Shown: positions 56,231-64,000 of the stretch, in pieces
How positions within the stretch are numbered: the stretch's first letter is position 1
Layout: each line of letters begins with the position of its first letter
NCBI GenBank assembly: GCA_050115495.1
Contig: JASFQK010000022.1
Location: 1 to 64,000 of the forward strand
Length of the DNA stretch: 64,000 bases
Source of the DNA: Phycisphaerae bacterium
GTDB taxonomy: Bacteria; Planctomycetota; Phycisphaerae; UBA1845; Fen-1342
Direction of reading: 5' to 3'
The notes under the pieces: generated by a model
Database searches by the model: none
Seen by the model: the letters and a program-made list of their open reading frames with translations, nothing else
Told to the model about the DNA's origin: nothing
Translations under genes and position numbers: made by a program

Positions 56231-56880
56231 ACATCGGTGGCCTGCAACCATTCAGCCTCAACGACTTCCCCGGACGGGTGGCCGCCGTCATCTTCACCCA
56301 GGGCTGCAACTTCTGTTGCCCCTTCTGCCACAACGGACAATTGGTTTCGTCCAACGGCGTCCCTGACGAGCAGTTGTCAGACGGCGATGTTCTCCGTTTC
56401 CTGCGGAACCGCCGGCGGCAGATCGACGGCGTCGTTCTAAGCGGTGGCGAGCCTACCCTACAGCCCGATCTGCCGGATTTTCTGTGCCAACTTCGCCGAC
56501 TCGGCTACGCGATCAAGATCGACACGAACGGATCGCGGCCCGACGTGATCCGGCGGCTGATCGCAGCCGAGTTCGTCGATTTCATTGCGATGGACGTGAA
56601 GGCGCCGCTGGAACGATATGACGTCCTGTCCGGTACACGCGTGAACACAGCGGAGATCCTGGAATCGATCCAGCTGATCTCGGCCAGCACGATCGCCCAC
56701 CAGTTCCGCACAACGGTAGTCCCTTCACTGCTCCATGCCGCCGACATTGCGCGGATTCGCCGCCTGCTTCCTGAGAACGAGGAACTGCGCTTGCAGACTT
56801 TCCAGCCGGAGCACGCTCGGGACCCGGCGCTGCGTCAGCAAGCTGCTGCGAATCAGTCTCACGCGGCTCTGGCTGGTTAG
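56227..56880 (+). CDS. nrdG: Anaerobic RNR activating enzyme (radical SAM)
   Basis: GCNFCCPFCHN, SGGEP, DTNG, MDVK, FRTT. ATGA overlap with nrdD. Confidence 0.93.
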   Translation: MNIGGLQPFSLNDFPGRVAAVIFTQGCNFCCPFCHNGQLVSSNGVPDEQLSDGDVLRFLRNRRRQIDGVVLSGGEPTLQPDLPDFLCQLRRLGYAIKIDTNGSRPDVIRRLIAAEFVDFIAMDVKAPLERYDVLSGTRVNTAEILESIQLISASTIAHQFRTTVVPSLLHAADIARIRRLLPENEELRLQTFQPEHARDPALRQQAAANQSHAALAG

Positions 56881-56899
56881 TGGCTGATCGGAGAACGCC

Positions 56900-57466
56900 A
56901 TGAGCATCTGCCCCGATACCTGGATTATCAGCAAGGCCCGCAACGAAGGCATGATCGACCCGTTCGTGCCCGGGCTGGTGCGCCAGATCGAAAACCGTCC
57001 CGTGATTTCTTACGGCGTGTCGTCTTACGGGTACGATGTTCGTGTCTCAAACCAGTTTCGCATCTTCACGAACGTTTACGGCTCTGTGGTCGATCCGAAG
57101 GCGTTCGATCCCAAGGGCTTGGTGGCAGTCGAGAGTGAGGTCTGTCTGATTCCTCCGAACAGCTTCGCGCTGGCGCTCAGCGTCGAGTACTTTCGGATCC
57201 CGCGGAACGTCTTGACACTGTGCGTGGGCAAATCGACCTACGCACGCTGCGGCATCATCGTCAATGTCACGCCATTCGAACCCGGTTGGGAAGGTCGCGC
57301 CGTGCTGGAGATTTCGAACACGACGCCGTTGCCGGCTCGTGTGTATGCGAACGAGGGCCTGGCCCAGGTGCTGTTCTTCGAAGCCGCGCAGCCCTGCAAG
57401 ACCAGCTACGCTGACCGCAAGGGTAAGTATCAATCTCAAAACGACATCACGCTACCACAAGCGTGA
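56900..57466 (+). CDS. dcd: dCTP deaminase
   Basis: [42 protein letters not shown]. Confidence 0.95.
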   Translation: MSICPDTWIISKARNEGMIDPFVPGLVRQIENRPVISYGVSSYGYDVRVSNQFRIFTNVYGSVVDPKAFDPKGLVAVESEVCLIPPNSFALALSVEYFRIPRNVLTLCVGKSTYARCGIIVNVTPFEPGWEGRAVLEISNTTPLPARVYANEGLAQVLFFEAAQPCKTSYADRKGKYQSQNDITLPQA

Positions 57467-57793
57467 CGCAAGACCGTCGTGTGGGGTCACGGCCAGCGAA
57501 GGCGAGAGCCGCTGCAACTCGCGGCCGCTGTACACGTCCCACATGCGGGCGGTGCCGTCTTCGCTGGCGGACAGGGCGCGGGTGCCGTCGCCGGAAAATG
57601 TCGCCGACGTAACCGCCACGGTGTGCCCCCGGAATCGCAGCAGCTCGATTCCGTTCTCGACATCCCACAGCCGGAAGCTGCTTTCGCCACCACCTCGCGT
57701 CAGGACGTGCTTGCCATCGGGTGAGAACGGAATGGACACCCCGACGTCCGAGTGCCCCAACTGCGCCACCAGCAACCCGACGATTCCGATCAA
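57452..57793 (-). pseudogene. Truncated WD40-repeat gene remnant
   Basis: LVAQLGHS...FSPDGKHVLT...RLWDV...GHTVAVTSATFSGDG...SASEDGTARMWDV: only two repeats, then runs into the end of dcd. Confidence 0.65.
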
Positions 57794-57827
57794 ACGGAGA
57801 AACAGACGAACAGGCGAACGTATCCTG

Positions 57828-59969
57828 CTATTCCTCGGCGCGCGGCTCGGCGGCGGGGACGATGTCGAACGACACGTTCCGCGCCGCCCAGTTCACGGCG
57901 TTTTCGAAGTCGCCGCGGGCACGGGTGGCGTCCGCGCCGCGGGCGGTCTGCCGGCTCCAGGCGCGGTCGAGCTTCTGGATGAACGGATCACGCGGACCGC
58001 GGGCGCCGCGAGCCCTGGCCGAGGCGATCAACCAGTCGAAGTCCAGCTCCTTGCTGGCGACCAGCACCTTGATACCGACCGGCAGGCGGTCGACGCGCAA
58101 GTCGCCCAGCCGGGCGGTCGTCGTCCACGAGTGCGTCCTGTCGTTCTTGCCCGTTCCGAGCGTTATGCGGTGCGTGTCGCCAATCCGCATCAGAAGCGGC
58201 CCCTGCCCCAGTGCTTCCACGCGGTAGTACAGATAGACGTAATACGGCTCGGTGCCGCGGCTCGTGATGTTGATGCGGATGCGCGCTCCGTCCGGAACCT
58301 GGGCCACACCGCCGACTTCCATGAACGGGATGATCTCGTTCGTGTCGCTCGACACAGCGATGCCGGCCTGAATCTCGAGGTTCGCCTCGTTGCCGGTCAG
58401 GCCCCAGAAGCGCTGCTGCCGGGTGAGTTCATCGAGCGAGACGGCGACCTGGTCGGCGATGGTGTCCACCTGCCCGTTCGATGAGATCTCGATCGTACGC
58501 AGCGGCGCACCGGGCTCGGCGCTATCCGGCGCACCTTTGCGAAAGACGGCGTCGTCGTGGGCATAGATGGCCAGGGTCGCGTCCGATTTCGCCTTGTCGA
58601 TGATGAAATCCGCGTCGGTAGGGTCGTCACACAGAGCCAGCCGGCCCTCCTTGCCATGCGCGAGCAGTTCGTCGCGAACCGCCTCGGGGACGTTCGCTGA
58701 AACGAACGCCGGAAGATCACTGGCCGCCCAGGCGCTAACGACGGCGACCGCACCTTCCGGAACCGGGGACGGCGAGGGATCGACCAGCCGGATGATCGCC
58801 CGATCGAGAATGGCTTTCTCGACGAGGGCCTCGGCCACCGGCGGCTCGTTGTTGTACAGCGCGTCCAGGCTGGCGAGGACCCGGAGTTGCGTGCCGCTCA
58901 CCAGCCCCAGGGCCAGGCCGGCGTCGACCTCATACTCGCCATCTTCCGCTGTGTCCTGACGTGCGGTCACGTGGAAATGCACGGGCTGCAATTGCGTGGC
59001 GAAGCAGACCGTGCGGCGGTCCGCCGGCTCGACGGCATGCAGCGCGGGCTGCTGTTTCCAGCCGCGCTGTTGCATGTAGTCGCCGATGTCCCGGTGAAGG
59101 TCTGCGTAGCTGTGACCGGGGCGATGCTTGAGCAGCGACTGCTGCAGCGCGTAGGAGAACCGTCCCCACATCTCCTGGCACCCATCCGGACCGGTGGGGG
59201 CGTCGGTCTCCTCGGCCACGTCGTTGTCCTGCGTCGCGGCGAAGCACACAAACCGTGGCCGGCGTGTTCGCGTATCCTTCGGCGGTCCGCAGGCGTCCAC
59301 AAACTCACCCGCTTTGGCGTCCGGACGCAGGTTGCCGAAGCGCTTGCAGAGCTCAGGGAAGAGCGGTTCGCGCGGGCCGGGGGGAAAGTGCTCTCCGCGA
59401 CTGACGGATAAGCCGTCGCTGCCCCGCCAACTCGTCGCGCAGTGGCACGCGTCGACGAACATGACCAGATCGGCGCCCAGGTCGGCCACGGCCGCACGCC
59501 ACATGGCGACGTCATCGTCGCGTATGTCGTGTTCGCCGTGTCCCTCCGACTTGGTCACGGTGACCCAGGTTTCATCCAGGTGGTCGCTCTCATCGCCGTT
59601 TTGGTCTTCGACGCGACTGCCGTGGCCGAAGTAGTAGAGGACGGCGGTGACTTCGCGTCCCTCGCTACGGGCCTGCCGGATGCGCTCGAGGAAGTCGCGC
59701 AGGCGATCGCGCACGACCTCGCGCGAGCCGTCCATGAGCGGCTCGCCCCACGAGATGCCGAAGCACCTCGTCAACGACGGCAGCAGTCGGTCCTTGTGCG
59801 TGGCATTGCTCTCATACGTTGGACGGGCATCCTGGTAGTGTCCCATGCCGATGTAGAGACCGATGATCTCGCGGTCCTCGGCCAGTGCTGCGCAGTGGAC
59901 CAGCAAGGCGAAGACGCACGCGGCGAGCCAGACTCTGCCGGGCGAATTGGCTGACCGGCAATAGGTCAT
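57828..59969 (-). CDS. Secreted caspase-family (C14) protein with C-terminal beta domains
   Basis: Signal peptide; catalytic His in YYFGHGS and Cys in VDACH; WGRFSYAL, QQP; DUF4384-like C-terminus. Confidence 0.82.
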   Translation of the reverse strand: MTYCRSANSPGRVWLAACVFALLVHCAALAEDREIIGLYIGMGHYQDARPTYESNATHKDRLLPSLTRCFGISWGEPLMDGSREVVRDRLRDFLERIRQARSEGREVTAVLYYFGHGSRVEDQNGDESDHLDETWVTVTKSEGHGEHDIRDDDVAMWRAAVADLGADLVMFVDACHCATSWRGSDGLSVSRGEHFPPGPREPLFPELCKRFGNLRPDAKAGEFVDACGPPKDTRTRRPRFVCFAATQDNDVAEETDAPTGPDGCQEMWGRFSYALQQSLLKHRPGHSYADLHRDIGDYMQQRGWKQQPALHAVEPADRRTVCFATQLQPVHFHVTARQDTAEDGEYEVDAGLALGLVSGTQLRVLASLDALYNNEPPVAEALVEKAILDRAIIRLVDPSPSPVPEGAVAVVSAWAASDLPAFVSANVPEAVRDELLAHGKEGRLALCDDPTDADFIIDKAKSDATLAIYAHDDAVFRKGAPDSAEPGAPLRTIEISSNGQVDTIADQVAVSLDELTRQQRFWGLTGNEANLEIQAGIAVSSDTNEIIPFMEVGGVAQVPDGARIRINITSRGTEPYYVYLYYRVEALGQGPLLMRIGDTHRITLGTGKNDRTHSWTTTARLGDLRVDRLPVGIKVLVASKELDFDWLIASARARGARGPRDPFIQKLDRAWSRQTARGADATRARGDFENAVNWAARNVSFDIVPAAEPRAEE

Positions 59970-61696
59970 CAGGCCCCCCCGCCGAAGATCTGAGCCAGCG
60001 TACGATCAAGCTTCACGCCCTCGATCTGCGGCGTCTGTGGGCGCGCAGATCCCAGCTTCTCGGAGACGTACTCATGCACGCGAGCGCGAACGTGGTCCAT
60101 GAACTCGCGCATCGTGATGCGCGTGCCGTTGCCGTCGATCTCGTCCACCAGGAAACGGGTGAACACGCTCGGCCGGCCGTTCACGCCGGCGCGGGAGGTC
60201 TCGTCATCCGCGCAGCCGGCCCAGAGCACGTGATGACGCGGGCTGTCGACGAAGTGTCCTTCGCCGGCGTCGCCCTTGCTCGGGATGTACTCCGTCGGCA
60301 GAACGAGGTGTTCCTGGATCCAGGGGGCCTTGAGGTTCACCGCCTTGAAGTCCTCGCCGAGCGTGCCGGATCCGGCGTGACAGGAGTCGAAGATAGCCAG
60401 CGCGCGGTCGCAATCCAACTCGTCGAGCAGAGCGCCGATCTCGTCATCGACGAGCACGGACGAGGCGTCCTCCAGCCCCCACACGTAAAGCACCTCATCC
60501 AGGTCGTCTTTCTCGTCCTTGCGGCCGACGTCGTCCATCTGCGCCCCGTGGCCGGAGTAGTAGAACAGCGCCAGACCGTCCGGACCGACCTGACCGAGGA
60601 ACTCGCGGATACCGCGGATGATGTTGTCACGCGAGGCCTGGTTGTTGGTGAGCGTGAGGATGTTCTCCTCGCTGAACCCGAAGCGATCGACCAGCAGGTC
60701 CCGCATCACGCCCACGTCGATCACGCAACTGCTCAGGTCGGATTCCTCGCCGGGGTAGTCGTCGATGCCCACCAGCAGCGCGTATCGTCCGTCGGACGAC
60801 CCGCCGGTGCTGAAGGACGGCATCGGGGCCGCGCGCTCGACCGCCTCGACTTCCCGGATTCGCAGCTCGTAGTCACCCGATTCCCGTGCGGAGTAGGCGT
60901 TGACGACCGCGAAGTACCGGCCGGTGCGCGGGAGCTGGATGCGGATGCGGCTGCTGTTGCCCGAGCCGAAGTCGTCATTCGACGTCAGCACCGTGCGATC
61001 GTCATCTTCCACGATGCCGATGGCCAGAACAGGATCGAAGGACGAGGACGTCAGCGTCAGCACCAGGGTCTGGCCGCGACGGCCCTGGAAGTAGACGAGC
61101 TCGAAGAGGCTGCCGTCGCTGAGGCGATCATCATCGGACGCGGAGAGCCGGCCGCGATGAACGGGTGGCGGCGCGTCGGTTCCCGAATCGTCTCCGGACC
61201 AGCTCGACCGGCGACCCGCCCGCTCGACGTCGATCGTAAGCGTGTACTCGCCGCGATCGGAGCGGTCCGCGCCGTTCGCGACGACGAGGTACTCACCACC
61301 GGTCTCGATCGTGACCTCCAGCCGGGCATCCAGCCCCGGGCCGCTGTCGTCATCTTCCGCGACGGTGTCGAGGCCTTCGTCCGTACGCCGCACGAGCAGC
61401 ACGTACGCATCCAGGTCCGTCGAGGACATCGCGATCACCACGCGGTCGCCGGCGGAGAAGCTCGCCGTGTAGGCGTCGGCCCGCGATCCGTCGCGGATTT
61501 GCGTGTCGGAGCTGTCCAGCCGGCCGTATTCCGTCCTCCGCTCCCTGGTCTCGGAGAAGTCTCCTTTGAGCATGATCTTGTGGGGGGCTTCGAGTTCGGC
61601 CGTGATCTGCTTGGCTGGGGCCGGCGAATCGAGGCCGAGCGTGAACAGGCTGAGGCACGCGGTCGCGATGATGGCGGCGGCAATCCTGGCGTCCAT
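59969..61696 (-). CDS. Secreted caspase-family (C14) protein with two N-terminal PPC domains
   Basis: Signal peptide; two PPC repeats (AEDDDSG...GEYLV; NDDFG...GRYFA); YALLVGIDDY, YYSGHG, FDSCH, SVFTRFL, QTPQ. TGATG coupling with the next gene. Confidence 0.88.
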   Translation of the reverse strand: MDARIAAAIIATACLSLFTLGLDSPAPAKQITAELEAPHKIMLKGDFSETRERRTEYGRLDSSDTQIRDGSRADAYTASFSAGDRVVIAMSSTDLDAYVLLVRRTDEGLDTVAEDDDSGPGLDARLEVTIETGGEYLVVANGADRSDRGEYTLTIDVERAGRRSSWSGDDSGTDAPPPVHRGRLSASDDDRLSDGSLFELVYFQGRRGQTLVLTLTSSSFDPVLAIGIVEDDDRTVLTSNDDFGSGNSSRIRIQLPRTGRYFAVVNAYSARESGDYELRIREVEAVERAAPMPSFSTGGSSDGRYALLVGIDDYPGEESDLSSCVIDVGVMRDLLVDRFGFSEENILTLTNNQASRDNIIRGIREFLGQVGPDGLALFYYSGHGAQMDDVGRKDEKDDLDEVLYVWGLEDASSVLVDDEIGALLDELDCDRALAIFDSCHAGSGTLGEDFKAVNLKAPWIQEHLVLPTEYIPSKGDAGEGHFVDSPRHHVLWAGCADDETSRAGVNGRPSVFTRFLVDEIDGNGTRITMREFMDHVRARVHEYVSEKLGSARPQTPQIEGVKLDRTLAQIFGGGA

Positions 61697-62406
61697 CGGC
61701 AGTCCCCTTTCTGAGCTGCTCTGGGCCCTCATGTGAGAGCCGGGCTTCATCTTCCATCCACGAACAATCTGCCTGCGCACGGGTGCTGGCGAGCGCTCGC
61801 CCATCGAGGCAATTACGACACCCGCTCGCTCATTTGGATGCAGTTCTCGCTCGAGAGTTCCGCCCCTCGCCCGGCGTCGAACCGGAGACATGTCCGGACA
61901 AGAACGGAAACCCATTGTAGCAAGCACGATAGCACGTCGGAAGCATGCCTGACCGGGGGCACGCGACGGCCCGGACGCGTTGGATGCGGCTCGCGCGTCC
62001 GCCGCCGCCGAGCCGGCCGCCGACGGAGTCCGGAAGCCGGCCCGTGAGCGGTTCCGAACCTCGGAGCCGGCCCGCGTTCTTTACGCCGGCGGGGCGGGGC
62101 GGCATCATGGTGATGGCTGCCCGTCGACGCTTTTCGATCTGCCGCCTGGCGGCAGCGCCGGCGTCCTGACGGCGGCCGCGACGTGGTGCTTCCTGACGCC
62201 TGCCCGCGAGATGGGAGGGTTATTTTGGCGCTCCATTCCGGTCACGCGGTGAAGATGGGGAGCGGCTTGGTTACACGAACGGGACATATATCGGCGACCG
62301 AATCCGGTACCGTCAGAACCGAACCAGCCCGGCGACCACTCGCACTTCTAAGGTCCGCTCGTGCTCGTTAAGAATCGTGAATGAGGCGGGGTGAAAGCCG
62401 GACGAG

Positions 62407-64000
62407 ATGCGTATGACCTACTGCCCACAGCGAGACCAGATCCGCACCTGGCGATACGCAATCCGAACGAGCAGCATCGGCATCTGCCTGCTGCTTCTCG
62501 TCGCGGCACCACCCGCGCCAGCCCAGGAAACGCATCTGCTCAAACCGGGCGCTACGATCATCATCGAGGGAGAGCTAACAACCGCGGACCCACATCCAAA
62601 CGGTAGCCGCCCTGTCGACACGTACATCGTCACCGTCCCCGGCGGGCCGATCGCCATCGACGTGTACTCGTCGGATGTCGACACCTACCTGCACGTCGCG
62701 CTGGAAGAGGATGATGGTCACCTCGCGACGATTGGTGATGATGACGGAGGCGCTGATACGGATAGCCGCCTTGCGTTCAAACTGACGCATGCGCGGATCG
62801 TGTGCATTTCGGTTACTTCGATTGGCGCCGGCGAGTATGGCCGGTACAGGCTCCTGCTCACCTCTGGCACACCCGGCGGCCCGTTTCTACCGTTTCACGC
62901 GCTCGCCACGGTGCTTGAATTGCAGGACGACATGGACGACCGCAGGCAGGCGTTTGCGGAACAGGACATGCGCTTGCTGGCCAGCACCATCGCGTCAGCC
63001 GAGCAGATCGTCGCCATCAGGGAATCGCATCAGGCAGACTGGCCTGATGGCCGAGGCCCCTGGTGGGAGCTGCGAGACAGCGAACTGCAAGTCGCCGAAT
63101 TGAGACGGCTTCAGACACGCTCCGCGGAAGAGACGGCAGAACTGCGTGACGCCCGCATCGAGTTCGACATCGCCCTCGAAAGCGCCACTCCGGAGACGGC
63201 GGCAGAGGCGCTGCGCGATGCCGATCGCAGTCGGCTCGTGATGCAGTGCATCATGGGAGATGATCACCCGGATGTACTCGAAGCGCTCATCTATTCCGGC
63301 TATGCGCTGTATTCCCTCCACCAGTACACTGACGCTGAACCCTACTTCCGCGAGGCGATGGAGAAGCAGCGCCGGGTGCTGGGCCCGGATCACCCTTCCA
63401 CACTGCTCTCGGTGACCCTGTATGGTGCCGTGCTGGCGCGGCTGGACCGACCGGGGGAGGCCGAGCCCTACCACCGCGAGGCGCTGGAGGGCCGGCGCCG
63501 TGTGCTCGGCAGCAATCATCGCGACACGGTTGCCTCCTTGCTGGATTACGCCCACCTGCTCCACGCTCTCGGCCGCGATATGGAAGCTCAGCCCTATCGG
63601 CGGCAGGCGCTGGAGTGCAAACGACGAATACTCGGCAATGAGGACCCAAGCACCATGGCCTCGCTCTATGTCTACGGGGTTCGCGTCTTGGCGCTCGATT
63701 GCCCAATGGAGGCCGAACCGTACCTTCGCGAAGCCCTGGAATTGCGCCAGTCCGTCCTGGGGTACAACCATCCGGACACGCTGCATTCGCTGGATGCCTA
63801 CGGGCTGGTCATGGAATCACTGGGGCGCAATGCGGAGGCTCTGCTGTACTGGCGGGCCGCAATGGACGGTCGCCGTCGCGTGTTGGGAGAGGATCACCCG
63901 CTGACTTTGGGATCGCTGGAGCATTACGGTTCCGCGCTCTGGGCGCTGGATCGGCCGGCGCAGGCCGAACCGTATCTGCGTGCGGCCGTGGAAGGGCGTC
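62407..64000 (+). CDS. Secreted PPC plus TPR-repeat protein (partial, runs off the window; missed by the ORF track)
   Basis: Open frame 1 from ATG 62407/62413 to the window end: signal peptide, PPC domain (DTYL...GDDDGG), then 42-aa TPR repeats EAEPY.REA.E.RRRVLG.DHP.T. Confidence 0.88.
   Translation, partial: MRMTYCPQRDQIRTWRYAIRTSSIGICLLLLVAAPPAPAQETHLLKPGATIIIEGELTTADPHPNGSRPVDTYIVTVPGGPIAIDVYSSDVDTYLHVALEEDDGHLATIGDDDGGADTDSRLAFKLTHARIVCISVTSIGAGEYGRYRLLLTSGTPGGPFLPFHALATVLELQDDMDDRRQAFAEQDMRLLASTIASAEQIVAIRESHQADWPDGRGPWWELRDSELQVAELRRLQTRSAEETAELRDARIEFDIALESATPETAAEALRDADRSRLVMQCIMGDDHPDVLEALIYSGYALYSLHQYTDAEPYFREAMEKQRRVLGPDHPSTLLSVTLYGAVLARLDRPGEAEPYHREALEGRRRVLGSNHRDTVASLLDYAHLLHALGRDMEAQPYRRQALECKRRILGNEDPSTMASLYVYGVRVLALDCPMEAEPYLREALELRQSVLGYNHPDTLHSLDAYGLVMESLGRNAEALLYWRAAMDGRRRVLGEDHPLTLGSLEHYGSALWALDRPAQAEPYLRAAVEGR

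Noticed and set aside
18957..61714. Long antisense ORFs (e.g. 18957-20600, 27608-29566, 32196-33773, 37005-38813, 41535-43208, 59885-61714)
   Set aside because: Shadow frames of well-supported genes in GC-rich DNA, with no recognisable motifs.
59955..62427. The caspase gene (59969) and the TPR gene (62413) both begin MTYC
   Set aside because: Similarity does not extend beyond a few codons; likely coincidence.

Overview
GC-rich bacterial DNA, most likely from Planctomycetota (Phycisphaerae-like). This assignment is inferred from a DUF1559/prepilin-type gene, a PEP-CTERM protein, planctomycete-style C-terminal dockerin-like tags and a planctomycete-type integrase N-terminus. In order, the window holds: a decayed RHS fragment; purQ with an in-frame insertion of REP-like palindromes; tRNA-Lys(CTT) followed by an integrase relic; a compact his operon (hisG-C-B-H-F-[A/I/E fusion]-D) behind a 9-His leader-peptide attenuator; a FixL/FixJ-like two-component pair; dprA; cysS; an orphan terminase large subunit; several secreted proteins; a roughly 23 kb ROK-associated sugar-acid locus (prepilin-like gene, uxaE, uxuB-like SDR, HAD, LarA/GntE-like epimerase, PPi-type Pfk, gnd, uxaC, exported GalM, two GH51, TRAP transporter); three tandem papain-like peptidases; nrdD-nrdG-dcd under a cobalamin riboswitch plus candidate NrdR boxes; and a cluster of secreted caspase-like and TPR proteins running off the end. 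The most interesting candidates are: (1) a hexuronate-to-gluconate-to-Gnd route with no recognisable kinase, where a PPi-type Pfk or HAD may fill the gap; (2) a bacterial HisA-I-E fusion resembling fungal HIS4; (3) a new palindromic operator linking the pilin-like gene to the sugar locus; (4) an extracellular caspase/TPR module; (5) an orphan terL. All calls come from reading motifs by eye. No database searches were run.
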